DNA of 63,900 nucleotides from Hydrogenophilales bacterium RIFOXYD1_FULL_62_11 (GCA_001802655.1 MGZO01000130.1:32117-96016), one strand, 5' to 3'. Counted from the stretch's first letter, positions 10,363 to 21,572 are shown. The notes: generated by a model not told the origin, from the letters alone. Translations and numbers: made by a program.

Positions 10363-11216
10363 CAGAATTGCCCGAGATAGGCCTGCGTCAACTCTGTACC
10401 GAAGAACAACGCGACCAACCCGCCCCCCGCCAGATAGGGGCCGAACGGAATCGGCACGCGCCGGTCATGCTTTACCAGCACAATCATGGCGACACCGATG
10501 GCCGCGCCCACCACCGACGACAACAGCAAGGTGACGGGCACCAGCTGCCACCCCAGCCAGGCACCAAGCGCTGCCAGCAGCTTGAAATCGCCATAGCCCA
10601 TGCCTTCCTTGCCAGTCGCCAGTTTGAACAACCAGTACACCGCCCACAGCACCAGGTAACCCGCCATGGCACCGATGACGGCATCCGCCAAGTGGGTATA
10701 TGTGCCACTCAAATTAAACAGCAGCCCCAGCCACAGCAGCGGCTGGGTAAGGCTGTCTGGCAACAAGGTGGTATCAAAATCAATGAATGCCAGCGTAACC
10801 AGCGTCCAGATCAGCAACAACGCGCCCCCGGTCTGCACGCTCGCCCCCCATTTCCAGGCAGCGGCAGCCGACAGCAACGCAGTAAGCAATTCCACCAGCG
10901 GATAGCGGGCGCCGATTGGCGCGGCACAGGACGAACAGCGCCCGCGCAGCCACAGCCAGGACAGTAGCGGGATGTTTTCCAGCGCGGTGATCTGATGACC
11001 ACAGTGCGGACACGCCGAGCGTGGGACTGCGAGGTTGTATGGCGCGGATGCTGCCAGCGTTTCACCGCGCAACTCGGCACACTGTGCGTGCCACTCGGTC
11101 TCCATCATCTTCGGCAGCCGATGAATGACGACGTTGAGAAAGCTGCCAACCAGCAGGCTGAATAAAAAAACCAGCCCTGCGAACAGGACTGGCTCTCCTG
11201 ACAGCAAGGTCATCAC
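10362..11216 (-). CDS. pilD: Prepilin peptidase/N-methyltransferase
   Basis: GSFLNVVIHRLP, two CxxC motifs, GMGYGDFKL, PFGPYL. Confidence 0.95.
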   Translation of the reverse strand: MMTLLSGEPVLFAGLVFLFSLLVGSFLNVVIHRLPKMMETEWHAQCAELRGETLAASAPYNLAVPRSACPHCGHQITALENIPLLSWLWLRGRCSSCAAPIGARYPLVELLTALLSAAAAWKWGASVQTGGALLLIWTLVTLAFIDFDTTLLPDSLTQPLLWLGLLFNLSGTYTHLADAVIGAMAGYLVLWAVYWLFKLATGKEGMGYGDFKLLAALGAWLGWQLVPVTLLLSSVVGAAIGVAMIVLVKHDRRVPIPFGPYLAGGGLVALFFGTELTQAYLGQF

Positions 11217-12466
11217 ACGACCGAACCCATTTTGAAGATCGGCAGATACATGGCGACAACCATGCCACCGATGAGCGTACCCAGCACCACCATGATGACC
11301 GGCTCCATCAGGCTGGACATCGCTGCCACCGCATCGTCTACTTCAGCTTCGTAAAAGTCGGCCACTTTGTTGAGCATGGAATCCAGCGAGCCGGACTCCT
11401 CGCCGATTGCGGCCATTTGCAGCACCATGTTGGGGAAAAGTTCGGTGTTTTGCATCGCCACGGTCAATGCCGTGCCGGTGGACACCTCGGCCTTGATTTT
11501 CTGGGTGGCCTCGACATACACCTGGTTGCCTGATGCGCCGCCCACTGATTCGAGCGCTTCAACCAGCGGCACGCCTGCCGCGAACATGGTCGCCAGGGTA
11601 CGCGTCCAGCGCGCGATGGTGGCCTTTTCGATCACTGCGCCAAAAATCGGCAGCTTGAGCATGACGCGATCCATGAACATCTGCACCTTGCGCGAGCGCT
11701 TCCACGCCTGCAGCAGGAAATAAATGCCGCCGCCAATGCCGCCGAAGATCGCCCACCACCATTTGACGAAAAACTTTGAGATCGCCATCACCACCAGGGT
11801 CGGTCCCGGCAAGTCGGCGCCAAAGCTGCTGAACAGCTCCTCAAACGCCGGAATCACGAAAATCATGATGACGGCGGTAATGACAAACGCCACCACGATG
11901 ATGGATATGGGATAAAACAGCGCCGACTTGATCTTGCTCTTGATGGCAAGGATTTTTTCCTTGTACACCGCCAGCCGGTCCAGCACCGCTTCGAGAATAC
12001 CGGCCGATTCACCCGCGCCGACCAGGTTGCAGTACAGCGCGTCAAAATGGAGTGGATGGCGGGCAAAAGACTGGGTGAGGCTGCTGCCCTTTTCGATATC
12101 CGCCTTGATCTCAGCCAGCAGCCGCTGCACCGAGGGATTCGAATGACCACGCCCGACGATGTCAAACGCCTGCAGCAAAGGCACGCCGGCCTTCATCATG
12201 GTCGCCAGCTGACGGGTGAACAGGGTAATGTCCTTTTCCGTCACCTTTTTCGCGCCACTGAACAGGGTGCTCTGTTTTTTGACCTTGGTGACGGTAATGC
12301 CCTGTTTGCGCAGCACTGAACCAACCACCGCTTCGCCACCGGCCTGCATCTGGCCTTTGACCTTCTTGCCGCGCTTGTCCATGCCTTCCCACAGATAGGA
12401 GGCATCCTTTTTAACTGCTTTCGCCGCTACTGCCCTGGCCGCTGTTGCTTTTGCCGCTGTTGCCAT
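11213..12466 (-). CDS. pilC: Type IV pilus platform protein
   Basis: FTRQLATMMKAGVPL, GEESGSLD, MYLPIF. Confidence 0.95.
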   Translation of the reverse strand: MATAAKATAARAVAAKAVKKDASYLWEGMDKRGKKVKGQMQAGGEAVVGSVLRKQGITVTKVKKQSTLFSGAKKVTEKDITLFTRQLATMMKAGVPLLQAFDIVGRGHSNPSVQRLLAEIKADIEKGSSLTQSFARHPLHFDALYCNLVGAGESAGILEAVLDRLAVYKEKILAIKSKIKSALFYPISIIVVAFVITAVIMIFVIPAFEELFSSFGADLPGPTLVVMAISKFFVKWWWAIFGGIGGGIYFLLQAWKRSRKVQMFMDRVMLKLPIFGAVIEKATIARWTRTLATMFAAGVPLVEALESVGGASGNQVYVEATQKIKAEVSTGTALTVAMQNTELFPNMVLQMAAIGEESGSLDSMLNKVADFYEAEVDDAVAAMSSLMEPVIMVVLGTLIGGMVVAMYLPIFKMGSVV

Positions 12467-12477
12467 AAAAGTGTTCC

Positions 12478-14190
12478 TTAAAGATTAGTGACGGCTTCGA
12501 CCTCTTCCAGCGAGGTGAGTCCGGCTTTTACTTTCAACAGTCCTGCCTGACGCAAATCGACCACGCCTTCAATTCGTGCCTGATCGGCGATATCGGATTC
12601 ATTGCCGCCCTTGAGGATGATGCGAGTCATGGCATCGGTGATCGGCATCACCTGATAGATGCCCAAACGCCCCTTGTAGCCTGAGCCACCGCAGATATCA
12701 CAGCCCACTGGTTTATAGGGCTGCCAACTCCCATCCAGTTGCGCTTCGGTAAACCCGGCATCCAGCATGGCCTCGCGCGGCAAATCGGTTGGCTGTTTGC
12801 ATGAACACAGCTTCCGCGCCAGCCGCTGGGCAGTAATCAGAATCACCGAGGACGCAACGTTAAATGGCGCTACACCCATATTCAACAAACGCGTCAGGGT
12901 GCCAGGGGCGTCGTTCGTGTGTAAGGTGGACATCACCATGTGGCCGGTTTGCGCGGCCTTGATCGCGATATCAGCCGTTTCAAGGTCGCGAATTTCGCCG
13001 ACCATAATGACATCGGGGTCCTGCCGCAAAAACGATTTGAGCGCAGCCGAAAAAGTCAGGCCGGCCTTGTCGTTGACGTTGACCTGGTTAATGCCGGCCA
13101 ACTGGATTTCTGCCGGGTCTTCCGCCGTCGAGATATTCACATCAGGCTTGTTGAGAATATTCAGGCACGTGTAAAGAGACACGGTTTTTCCGGAGCCGGT
13201 CGGGCCGGTCACCAGCACCATGCCATAGGGGCGCTGCACCGCGTTCAGCAGCAGCTCCTTCTGGAACGGCTCATACCCTAGCGCCTCGATCCCAAGCTGG
13301 GCGCTGGTCGGGTCGAGAATACGCATGACGATCTTTTCGCCATACAGCGTCGGCAGCGTGCTGACCCGAAAGTCAATGGCGCGGTTCTTCGACAGCACCA
13401 GTTTCATGCGGCCGTCCTGCGGCACGCGTTTTTCCGAAATATCGAGCCGCGACAACACCTTGATACGCGAAGCAACCTTGTCCTTGATCGCCATCGGCGG
13501 TTGCGCCACTTCGGCCAAAATGCCATCACGACGGTAGCGGATGCGGTAACTCTTTTCGTAAGGTTCAAAGTGAATATCGGATGCGCCCTGGTTGATCGCA
13601 TCAAGCATGATTTTTTGCAGGTAGCGCACCACCGGCGCATCATCGATTTCGATGCCTGGGGCGTCCTGCTGCGCAGCAGCGGCTTCTTCATCGATGAAAT
13701 CGAGGTTAAGGTCTTCCGCGTTCAACACCGCCATGGTGTTATCTGCCGCCTCACCCGCCTTGGCAACCAGCTTGGCCAGCTTGTCGTCTTCCACCACCAC
13801 CGGCTCCACCGCCTGGTTGGTCTGGAATTTCACCTCATCCAGCGCTTGCAGGTGGGTGGGATCGGAGGTCGCGACATACAGCTTGTTGCCCCGCTGGTAC
13901 AGCGCAATCACACGCCGTTTCTGCACCAGCCTGGCATCGAGCAGCCCTTGCGGCAGGCTGTCGGCATCCATGGCGTTCAAGTCCAGATAGGGAAAGCCGA
14001 ACGAAGCTGCGGCGAACTCGGCAATCTGGTCAGCCTTGAAACGCTTGCCCTTGATCAGCTCGGTAACGAAAGAATCACCCGACTGGCTGGCGCGCTTGCC
14101 AACCCCGTCAGCATCGGCCTCGGACATCCAGCCATTGTTGACCATGGCGCGCGCCAGCCCGGTTAAATTATTGGAGATTGCATCGGCCAT
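12478..14190 (-). CDS. pilB: Type IV-A pilus assembly ATPase
   Basis: ASDIHFEP, GPTGSGKT, LRQDPDVIMVGEIRD, Zn-binding Cys pairs. Confidence 0.96.
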   Translation of the reverse strand: MADAISNNLTGLARAMVNNGWMSEADADGVGKRASQSGDSFVTELIKGKRFKADQIAEFAAASFGFPYLDLNAMDADSLPQGLLDARLVQKRRVIALYQRGNKLYVATSDPTHLQALDEVKFQTNQAVEPVVVEDDKLAKLVAKAGEAADNTMAVLNAEDLNLDFIDEEAAAAQQDAPGIEIDDAPVVRYLQKIMLDAINQGASDIHFEPYEKSYRIRYRRDGILAEVAQPPMAIKDKVASRIKVLSRLDISEKRVPQDGRMKLVLSKNRAIDFRVSTLPTLYGEKIVMRILDPTSAQLGIEALGYEPFQKELLLNAVQRPYGMVLVTGPTGSGKTVSLYTCLNILNKPDVNISTAEDPAEIQLAGINQVNVNDKAGLTFSAALKSFLRQDPDVIMVGEIRDLETADIAIKAAQTGHMVMSTLHTNDAPGTLTRLLNMGVAPFNVASSVILITAQRLARKLCSCKQPTDLPREAMLDAGFTEAQLDGSWQPYKPVGCDICGGSGYKGRLGIYQVMPITDAMTRIILKGGNESDIADQARIEGVVDLRQAGLLKVKAGLTSLEEVEAVTNL

Positions 14191-14281
14191 TGCTCGATTC
14201 CAAAAAGTCCTGAGTCAAATTATCACCCGCATCGGCCAGACAGCCGATGGGGAATCACAGGCTTTAACGGCGATAGTTGGC

Positions 14282-15571
14282 TTAAGTTGAGGCGCTTTCA
14301 ACATCCGCTGCCGGCAGATAAATACGCGCCATCTTGACCGCCCGATCCTGCGTTTGCACAATCTCCACCGGCACATCCCCCAACTTCAGGCTCACCCCCG
14401 CTTCGGGAATATCCTCGAACTGTTCGAGAAGCAGACCGTTGAGTGTTTTCGGGCCATCCAGCGGCAGCGATAATCCCAATGTACGGTTCAAGTGGCGTAG
14501 CAGCACACTCCCCTCGGCCAGCCAACTTCCATCGGCCTCGCGCCGCAAATACCCCATATCGGATGGCGCCTGCGTGGTGAATTCGCCCACCATTTCCTCG
14601 AGCAGGTCTTCCAGTGTCACCAGACCTTGCAGTTCGCCATATTCGTCCACCACCAGCGCCAACCGGCGACGGCCCAGCTGAAAATTACGCAGCTGGGTAA
14701 ATAACGGGGTACCCGCCGGAACGAAATAAGGTGCCTCCAGGTTTTCCTTCAGCGTCTCCGGATTGAGCTCATCGCCGGTCAAAGCATGCAGCACCCGGCG
14801 TACATGCAGCACACCGAGCAGGGTGTCCTGTGAGCCTTGCTGCACGATCAGCCGGGTATGGTGGCTGGTTGAAATCTGCTGGCGCAGCCGCTCGGGCTCA
14901 TCCTCGATATCGATCGCCTCGATCTGGTTGCGCGGCGTCATCACGTCATCCACTGTGATGTCCTCCAGTTCCAGCATGTTCATCAATATGCGGTGATGTT
15001 CGCGCGGCATTCTGCTGGAAGACTCCAGCACAATGGTACGCAGCTCTTCCAGCCCCAGACTGTTGCCTTGGCCCGGCTCCGGCTGCTTGATCCGCAGCAG
15101 CTGCAAAATTCCTTGCACGAACAGGTTGACGAACCACACCACCGGATACGCCAGCTTCAGCAGCGGCGTTAGCAGCCACGTCGCCGGATAGGCGACACGT
15201 TCGGGAAAGGCTGCGCCCAGCACCTTGGGGGTAACTTCGCTGAATACCAGAATCAGGAAGGTCAGCAGCAGGGTCGCCACCATCAGCACCACTTCACCAT
15301 CGCCAAACAGACGAATCGCCAGCACCGTAGTCAGCGTGCCCGAAGCCGCATTGACGAGGTTGTTACCAAGCAAAATCACGCCCAGCAGCTTGTCGGTTCG
15401 ATCCAGTAGCGCCTGCGCGCGCATCGCCCCGCGATGGCCGGTATCAGCGGCATGGCGCAAACGATAGCGGTTGATCGCCATCATCGCGGTCTCGGATGCG
15501 GAGAAAAAGGCCGAGGTCAGCAACAAGACGGCAAGCACGGCAAACAGCGTGCTGGTGGCAATACTATCCAA
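14282..15571 (-). CDS. HlyC/CorC (CNNM-CBS-CorC) family transporter, YfjD-like
   Basis: SAFFSASETAMM, VFSEVTPK, CBS pair, VVDEYGE...TLEDLLEE. Confidence 0.92.
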   Translation of the reverse strand: MDSIATSTLFAVLAVLLLTSAFFSASETAMMAINRYRLRHAADTGHRGAMRAQALLDRTDKLLGVILLGNNLVNAASGTLTTVLAIRLFGDGEVVLMVATLLLTFLILVFSEVTPKVLGAAFPERVAYPATWLLTPLLKLAYPVVWFVNLFVQGILQLLRIKQPEPGQGNSLGLEELRTIVLESSSRMPREHHRILMNMLELEDITVDDVMTPRNQIEAIDIEDEPERLRQQISTSHHTRLIVQQGSQDTLLGVLHVRRVLHALTGDELNPETLKENLEAPYFVPAGTPLFTQLRNFQLGRRRLALVVDEYGELQGLVTLEDLLEEMVGEFTTQAPSDMGYLRREADGSWLAEGSVLLRHLNRTLGLSLPLDGPKTLNGLLLEQFEDIPEAGVSLKLGDVPVEIVQTQDRAVKMARIYLPAADVESAST

Positions 15572-15582
15572 GCAGCATCACC

Positions 15583-16368
15583 TCAACGTTGGAGAATGAC
15601 TTCCAGCACAAACTGCGTGCCTAAATAAGCCAGCAGTAACAACGTGAAACCGGTAATGGTCCAGACCAGCGCCGTACGCCCCCGCCAGCCGCGAAAATGC
15701 CGTCCCAGCAGCAGGCCGCCAAACACCAACCAGGACAGGATCGCAAACACGGTCTTGTGGGAGATCTGCAGCGCCTTGCCGAACAGTTCCTCCGAAAAGA
15801 ATACGCCGCTAAAAACGGATAAGGTCAGCAGGACAAAACCGATACCAATGGTTCTGAACAGCATCGCTTCCAGGGTCAGCAAAGGCGGGGCGCCATTCTG
15901 CAACATGCCGCCACGATGCAGCTTTTTTTCAAGCATGGTCATCAACACGGCATGCAGCGCTGCCACGGCCAGCAGGCCATAAGCCAGAAACGACACCAGC
16001 AGATGCATGCGCAAAGCCAAAGCCTGTGAACTGGGAATGGCATGGGTTTCGGTAAAAAACACCATCCCCAGCACAGATAGGGCCGCCAGCCCGCTCACCC
16101 AGGACTGCAAACGCGCCAGCTGCATGCCTTTGCTGGACAACCAATAGGTCAGCGCAGTCAGCCACAAAATCGTCGACAGCGAATTACCAAACCCCAACCG
16201 AATGTCACCCTGCCCCAGCACCGACTGAAAAATCAGTGCGCCATGAGCCAGCAAGGCCAGCGGCAACGCCACGCACGCGGTCTTGAACGGTGGCGTGCGC
16301 TGCAAGCGCCAAGCCACCCAAGCATAAAGCGCACTTACAGATAAAGTAACCAGCAATAGCGGGGACAT
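15583..16368 (-). CDS. Cytochrome c assembly family inner membrane protein (YpjD-like)
   Basis: Multi-TM; PPLLTLE, HKTVF, GWRGR, LAYLG; divergent from ffh. Confidence 0.88.
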   Translation of the reverse strand: MSPLLLVTLSVSALYAWVAWRLQRTPPFKTACVALPLALLAHGALIFQSVLGQGDIRLGFGNSLSTILWLTALTYWLSSKGMQLARLQSWVSGLAALSVLGMVFFTETHAIPSSQALALRMHLLVSFLAYGLLAVAALHAVLMTMLEKKLHRGGMLQNGAPPLLTLEAMLFRTIGIGFVLLTLSVFSGVFFSEELFGKALQISHKTVFAILSWLVFGGLLLGRHFRGWRGRTALVWTITGFTLLLLAYLGTQFVLEVILQR

Positions 16369-16468
16369 TCGTTAAAATGGAATTCTGTTTCGGCCAGCCC
16401 ATTATCCATGCCGCCCTCCACGGCAACAAGGAATCCCTGCCAGATAACCCTCATGTTAAAGACCCACC

Positions 16469-17812
16469 ATGCTAGATAACCTCAGCGGACGCCTCGCCGG
16501 CGTCGTCAAACAACTGCGCGGCCAAGCGCGAATCACCGAAGCCAACGTGCAGGACACGCTGCGCCAGGTTCGCCTCGCGCTGCTGGAAGCCGACGTCGCG
16601 CTGCCGGTCGTTAAAAGCTTCATCGAAGCCGTCAAAACCCGCGCGCTCGGTCAGGACGTGCTCACGAGCCTGTCACCCGGGCAGGCGCTGATTGGCATTG
16701 TCCACGAAGAGCTCACCCGCCTGATGGGCGGCGCCAACGCCGAGCTGAACCTGGCGGCCAACCCGCCAGCGGTGATCCTGATGGCCGGTTTGCAGGGCTC
16801 GGGCAAAACCACCACCAGCGGCAAACTCGCGCTGCTGCTCAAAAACCGCAAGAAAAAGGTCCTGCTCACCTCGGCTGACGTCTACCGGCCCGCCGCGATC
16901 GATCAGTTGCGTCAACTCGGCAAACAGCTCGATGTCGCTTTTTTTGAGGCGGGTGACGAACGTGATCCACTGAAAATCGCCACCGCCGCACAGGATCACG
17001 CACGCAAGCAGTTTTATGACGTGCTGATCGTCGACACCGCTGGTCGGCTGGCGATCGACGAAGCGATGATGGCCGAGATCCAGGCGCTGCACGCCGCCGT
17101 CAACCCGGTAGAAACGCTGTTCGTGGTCGACGCAATGCAAGGCCAGGACGCGGTCAATGTCGCCAAGGCATTCAATGAAGCTCTGCCACTGACCGGCATC
17201 GTGCTGACCAAGCTCGATGGCGACTCGCGCGGCGGCGCAGCGCTGTCGGTGCGCCAGGTCACCGGCAAGCCGCTCAAGTTCATTGGCGTAGGCGAAAAAC
17301 CCAACGGTCTCGAAGCGTTCCACCCGGAGCGCATGGCACAGCGCATCCTCGGCATGGGCGATGTCCTCTCGCTGATCGAGCAGGCACATAGCTCGGTCGA
17401 CATGGCCGAAGCCAAAAAGTTGGCCGACAAAGTCAAAAAGGGCAAGGACTTCGACCTCGAAGACTTCAAGGCGCAAATCCTGCAAATGAAGAAAATGGGC
17501 GGGCTGTCGGCGCTGATGGACAAGCTCCCCGGTGCCGGTCAGATGAATATGCCTGCGGGCGCTGACGACAAATCGATCAACCGCGTCGAAGGCATCATCA
17601 ACAGCATGACCCCGCTGGAGCGCCGCAAACCCGACCTCATCAAGGCCAGCCGCAAACGCCGCATTGCCGCCGGCGCGGGCGTGCAGGTACAGGAGGTCAA
17701 CAAGCTGCTAAACCAGTTCGAGCAGGCCCAGAAGATGATGAAAATGATGGGTAAAGGCGGCCTGTCGAAAATGATGCGCGGCATGAAAGGCATGATGCCC
17801 GGCATACGTTAA
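16469..17812 (+). CDS. ffh: Signal recognition particle protein
   Basis: GLQGSGKTTT, DTAGR, TKLDGD, Met-rich M domain. Confidence 0.98.
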   Translation: MLDNLSGRLAGVVKQLRGQARITEANVQDTLRQVRLALLEADVALPVVKSFIEAVKTRALGQDVLTSLSPGQALIGIVHEELTRLMGGANAELNLAANPPAVILMAGLQGSGKTTTSGKLALLLKNRKKKVLLTSADVYRPAAIDQLRQLGKQLDVAFFEAGDERDPLKIATAAQDHARKQFYDVLIVDTAGRLAIDEAMMAEIQALHAAVNPVETLFVVDAMQGQDAVNVAKAFNEALPLTGIVLTKLDGDSRGGAALSVRQVTGKPLKFIGVGEKPNGLEAFHPERMAQRILGMGDVLSLIEQAHSSVDMAEAKKLADKVKKGKDFDLEDFKAQILQMKKMGGLSALMDKLPGAGQMNMPAGADDKSINRVEGIINSMTPLERRKPDLIKASRKRRIAAGAGVQVQEVNKLLNQFEQAQKMMKMMGKGGLSKMMRGMKGMMPGIR

Positions 17813-17901
17813 GCCACGCCCTGCTTTCCCGGGAGCCGGTGCCGAATTCACTTCCTTAGGGGCAAGGCTTGCAAGAAAGTGGCGGGCCATTGGATTTTGA
17901 G

Positions 17902-17907
17902 TATAAT
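17902..17907 (+). promoter_or_regulatory. Sigma70 -10 element for the rpsP operon
   Basis: Perfect TATAAT about 35 nt before rpsP; no clear -35. Confidence 0.5.
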
Positions 17908-17942
17908 TCGCGGTTTTCTCCGTTTGCCCGGTGGGTTAAATC

Positions 17943-18203
17943 ATGGTCGTTATTCGTCTTTCGCGCGGCGGCGCTAAAAACCGCCCTTTCTACAACGTGG
18001 TGGTAGCTGATTCACGCTGCCGTCGTGATGGCCGCTTCATCGAGCGCGTCGGTTTCTACAATCCGGTCGCGGCTGAAGGCTCAGAGGCCCTCCGCCTGAA
18101 TGCAGAGCGCATCGGCTACTGGGTCAGCAACGGCGCACAACTGTCTGACACCGTTGCACGCCTGGTCAAGCAGAACAAACCCGCTGCCGCTGTTGCCGCC
18201 TGA
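17943..18203 (+). CDS. rpsP: 30S ribosomal protein S16
   Basis: [17 protein letters not shown]...RDGRFIE. Confidence 0.98.
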   Translation: MVVIRLSRGGAKNRPFYNVVVADSRCRRDGRFIERVGFYNPVAAEGSEALRLNAERIGYWVSNGAQLSDTVARLVKQNKPAAAVAA

Positions 18204-18204
18204 T

Positions 18205-18735
18205 TTGTCAGAACAGCTGTCAGGGCAGTTGGCTCAGGACAGCGACTGGGTCGTGATGGGGCGCATCGCCGCACCGTTCGGCATTAAGGGCTGGGTCAAG
18301 GTTCAGGCCTTTAGTGACGATCCGGGCACGCTCATGGATTTTGAATCCTGGCGTATCGGTCGAGGCGACAAGCACACGCACTACCGCGTCGAAGCCGTTC
18401 AGGACCACAGCAACACGCTGGTTGCCAAACTGAGTGGCATCGATGACCGCGACGCGGCCTTTGCACTGCGTGGCCAGGAGATATCGGTCGAGCGCAGCCG
18501 CTTGGCGCCCCCCGCAGACGACGAGTTTTATTGGTCGGATTTGATCGGCCTGAAAGCAGTTAACCGCGAAGGCATCGAGTTGGGCACGGTAAGCAGCTTG
18601 ATGGAATCCGGTGCGCACGACTTGCTGGTCATCAAGGGGGCTCGGGAATACCTGATCCCTTTTGTTGCGGCTTTTGTCGGCAAAGTGGATGTAGCGGGTG
18701 GCCGGATCGAAGTGGACTGGGGCGAAGATTATTAA
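18205..18735 (+). CDS. rimM: Ribosome maturation factor RimM (start uncertain)
   Basis: [27 protein letters not shown]; synteny. Confidence 0.93.
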   Translation: MSEQLSGQLAQDSDWVVMGRIAAPFGIKGWVKVQAFSDDPGTLMDFESWRIGRGDKHTHYRVEAVQDHSNTLVAKLSGIDDRDAAFALRGQEISVERSRLAPPADDEFYWSDLIGLKAVNREGIELGTVSSLMESGAHDLLVIKGAREYLIPFVAAFVGKVDVAGGRIEVDWGEDY

Positions 18736-18746
18736 AGGAGAAGCGG

Positions 18747-19514
18747 GTGCGGTTTGATGCCATCACGCTTTTTCCCGAAATGTTCGATGCCGTGCTGGAT
18801 TATGGCATCACCCGGCGGGCACTGGATCGCGGGATTTTTCGGTTCAAGGCGTGGAACCCGCGCGACTTTACCGATGACCCGCACCGCACGGTGGATGACC
18901 GGCCCTACGGCGGCGGCCCCGGCATGCTGATGCAGGCTGAACCACTGGATCGTGCGTTAAACGCGGTGCAACAGGCTTTAGCCAGCGAAAGCTTGACACC
19001 CTGGGTGGTGCATTTCTCTCCCCGGGGTCGCCCGCTTACGCATCAGCGGGTAATGGAATTGAAGGACGCCGCGCTGAACGAAAATCGCGCACTTGTTTTA
19101 TTGTGCGGTCGGTACGAAGGAATAGACGATCGGCTGTTGCAGCGCCGCGTGGACGAAGAAATCTCGCTCGGCGACTTTGTGTTGTCGGGCGGCGAACTCC
19201 CCGCGCTGGCATTGATGGACGCGCTCATCCGGCAACTGCCGGGCGCGTTGAACGACGCGGATTCGGCGGTGGAAGACTCCTTCGCCAACGGCTTGCTCGA
19301 CTGCCCGCACTACACCCGCCCCGAAGTGTGGCAGGGCATGGCGGTACCGGACGTATTAACCCGCGGCAACCACGCCGCGATTGCCCGATGGCGATTGCAG
19401 CAAAGCTTGAAGATCACGGCAAGCCAGCGCCCCGATCTGCTGGTCAGGCGCGGGTTGTCCAGGCAGGAACAGGATTACCTCGATTCGTTGTCGCAAGACA
19501 CGAACCGGGAATAA
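18747..19514 (+). CDS. trmD: tRNA (guanine37-N1)-methyltransferase
   Basis: [29 protein letters not shown]. Confidence 0.97.
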   Translation: MRFDAITLFPEMFDAVLDYGITRRALDRGIFRFKAWNPRDFTDDPHRTVDDRPYGGGPGMLMQAEPLDRALNAVQQALASESLTPWVVHFSPRGRPLTHQRVMELKDAALNENRALVLLCGRYEGIDDRLLQRRVDEEISLGDFVLSGGELPALALMDALIRQLPGALNDADSAVEDSFANGLLDCPHYTRPEVWQGMAVPDVLTRGNHAAIARWRLQQSLKITASQRPDLLVRRGLSRQEQDYLDSLSQDTNRE

Positions 19515-19611
19515 GCGACTCCAACCGGGGTCTATTTGAAACGGCGTGATGTCTGCCCAATAGTCTGACGACTTCCGGGTACACCTCTCTCGCCAGATGT
19601 AAGGAAACATC

Positions 19612-20001
19612 ATGAATATCATTGAACAACTCGAGCAGGAAGAAATTGCCCGCCTGAATAAAACCCTCCCCAGCTTTGCTCCCGGCGACACCATCGTCGT
19701 TCAGGTGAAAGTGAAAGAAGGTACGCGTGAGCGTCTGCAGGCTTACGAAGGCGTCGTCATCGCCAAGCGCAACCGCGGACTGAACTCTGCTTTCACCGTA
19801 CGCAAGATCTCCGCCGGTGAAGGCGTCGAACGCACCTTCCAGACGCACTCGCCGCTGGTCGCCAGTGTCGAGGTCAAGCGCCGCGGCGATGTCCGCCGCG
19901 CCAAGCTGTACTATCTGCGTGAGCGTTCCGGCAAGTCTGCACGTATCAAGGAAAAACTGCCGGCCCGCAAGGCCAAGGCGGTAGCAAGCCCTGCCGCATA
20001 A
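19612..20001 (+). CDS. rplS: 50S ribosomal protein L19
   Basis: [24 protein letters not shown]. Confidence 0.98.
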   Translation: MNIIEQLEQEEIARLNKTLPSFAPGDTIVVQVKVKEGTRERLQAYEGVVIAKRNRGLNSAFTVRKISAGEGVERTFQTHSPLVASVEVKRRGDVRRAKLYYLRERSGKSARIKEKLPARKAKAVASPAA

Positions 20002-20021
20002 GCAAACTTCTTGCTCCCGGC

Positions 20022-20051
20022 AAAGCGCCCGCTTCATGCGGGCGCTTTTTT
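20022..20051 (+). terminator. Intrinsic terminator after rplS
   Basis: AAAGCGCCCGC-ttcat-GCGGGCGCTTTTTT. Confidence 0.9.
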
Positions 20052-20202
20052 GTGGCCTGCACCAATAAACAATTGCAATCCCTGGTATTTTTCTGCCGGT
20101 ACGCCCACAAGCATATTGAGAGGGATGGCACTTGAAACTGCTAAAATTGCGCCGGTTAAACATCGCACTGAATCACCCCCTATAAAAACAAAGGAGTGTC
20201 TG

Positions 20203-20787
20203 ATGGCAGGAGAAGCCAAAAAGCCCGGTGAGCGCCGCTTGCAAATTTTGCATACACTGGCTGCGATGCTGCAGGACCCCCAACCTGAAAAAATCACCAC
20301 GGCAGCGCTTGCTGCGCGCGTTGGCGTGTCGGAAGCGGCGCTATATCGCCATTTTGCCAGCAAGGCACAAATGTATGAGGGCTTGATTGAGTTCATCGAA
20401 CAAACCCTGTTCGGTCTGATCGCGCGCATCACATCCGACACGCTCACCCCGATTGCTCAGGTCGAGGCCATTATCGGCATGTTGCTGAACTTTTCAGCGA
20501 AGAACCCGGGAATGACCCGGGTGTTGATCGGCGAGGCATTGGTGCATGAAAACGAGCGCCTGCAAAAGCGCATCAATCAGTTGCACGACCGCATCGAAGC
20601 TCAATTACGGCAGTGCCTCCGGCTCGGCGGTGGCAAGCATTCCGAGCTCAGCGCACCGCTGGCCAACCTGCTGCAATGCATGGTCGTGGGTCGCTGGCAT
20701 CAATTTACCAAGAGTGGGTTTACCCGCGCACCGGGTGGCGATATCGATTTGCTGCTGACACGCCTGCTCGACGTTCAGCCTGCCTGA
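20203..20787 (+). CDS. slmA: Nucleoid occlusion factor SlmA
   Basis: KPGERRLQIL, ITTAALAARVGVSEAALYRHF TetR HTH; AAGGAG RBS. Confidence 0.92.
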   Translation: MAGEAKKPGERRLQILHTLAAMLQDPQPEKITTAALAARVGVSEAALYRHFASKAQMYEGLIEFIEQTLFGLIARITSDTLTPIAQVEAIIGMLLNFSAKNPGMTRVLIGEALVHENERLQKRINQLHDRIEAQLRQCLRLGGGKHSELSAPLANLLQCMVVGRWHQFTKSGFTRAPGGDIDLLLTRLLDVQPA

Positions 20788-21545
20788 AGTGCGGCTTGTC
20801 CGCACACTGGGCAGGCCACGTCACGAGGCACTTTCATCACGCGTGCCTCGCTGCGCAAGCCGTCCCAAATCAGCAACTTACCCACCAGTGGCTTACCCAC
20901 TTGCGCTACATACTTCAGCGTTTCCATCGCCTGCATTGCGCCAATGATGCCGACCAACGGCGCGAACACGCCGGCCTCGGCGCAGCGTAATTCTGGCTCG
21001 CCTGCTTGATCCGGGAACAGGCAGTGGTAACAAGGGCTGCCGGCGCGACGCGAGTCAAACACAGCAAGCTGTCCGGAAAATCCAATTGCCGCCCCCGAGA
21101 CCAGGGGCTTGCCCAGCAGTACACAGGCGCGATTGACGGCATGGCGTGTAGCGAAATTGTCCGACGCATCGACCACCAGATCAACCGCCGCAACCGCTTG
21201 ATGCAGGCCAGCACCTGTCAGCGACTCGGGAATGGGTTGCACATCAATTTCAGGATTAATGGCGCGCACACTGCGCGCAAGCGAGTTGGCTTTGTTCTCT
21301 CCGATTGCAGCGGTTGTGTGAGCAATCTGGCGTTGCAAATTGCTGAGATCCACCTTATCCCCATCCGCAAGCAACAGCCGGCCGATGCCTGCCGCGCCCA
21401 AATACAACGCGACAGGGCATCCCAACCCACCCGCGCCAACAATTAGCACGCTGGCGTCGGTAATACGCATCTGTCCGGTCACGCCCACGTCAGGCAGCAA
21501 AATGTGCCGGCTGTAGCGCAGCAGAAGTTCGTCGTTCAGGTTCAT
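20775..21545 (-). CDS. moeB: MoeB/ThiF adenylyltransferase
   Basis: RYSRHILL, GAGGLG, SNLQRQ, CYHC and CPVC Zn motifs. Confidence 0.88.
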   Translation of the reverse strand: MNLNDELLLRYSRHILLPDVGVTGQMRITDASVLIVGAGGLGCPVALYLGAAGIGRLLLADGDKVDLSNLQRQIAHTTAAIGENKANSLARSVRAINPEIDVQPIPESLTGAGLHQAVAAVDLVVDASDNFATRHAVNRACVLLGKPLVSGAAIGFSGQLAVFDSRRAGSPCYHCLFPDQAGEPELRCAEAGVFAPLVGIIGAMQAMETLKYVAQVGKPLVGKLLIWDGLRSEARVMKVPRDVACPVCGQAALQAG

Positions 21546-21572
21546 GAGTTGGCGCCGGATACTATACGTTGA

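Noticed and set aside
20775-20787. Convergent 13-bp overlap of slmA and moeB
   Set aside because: Short tail-to-tail overlaps are common.
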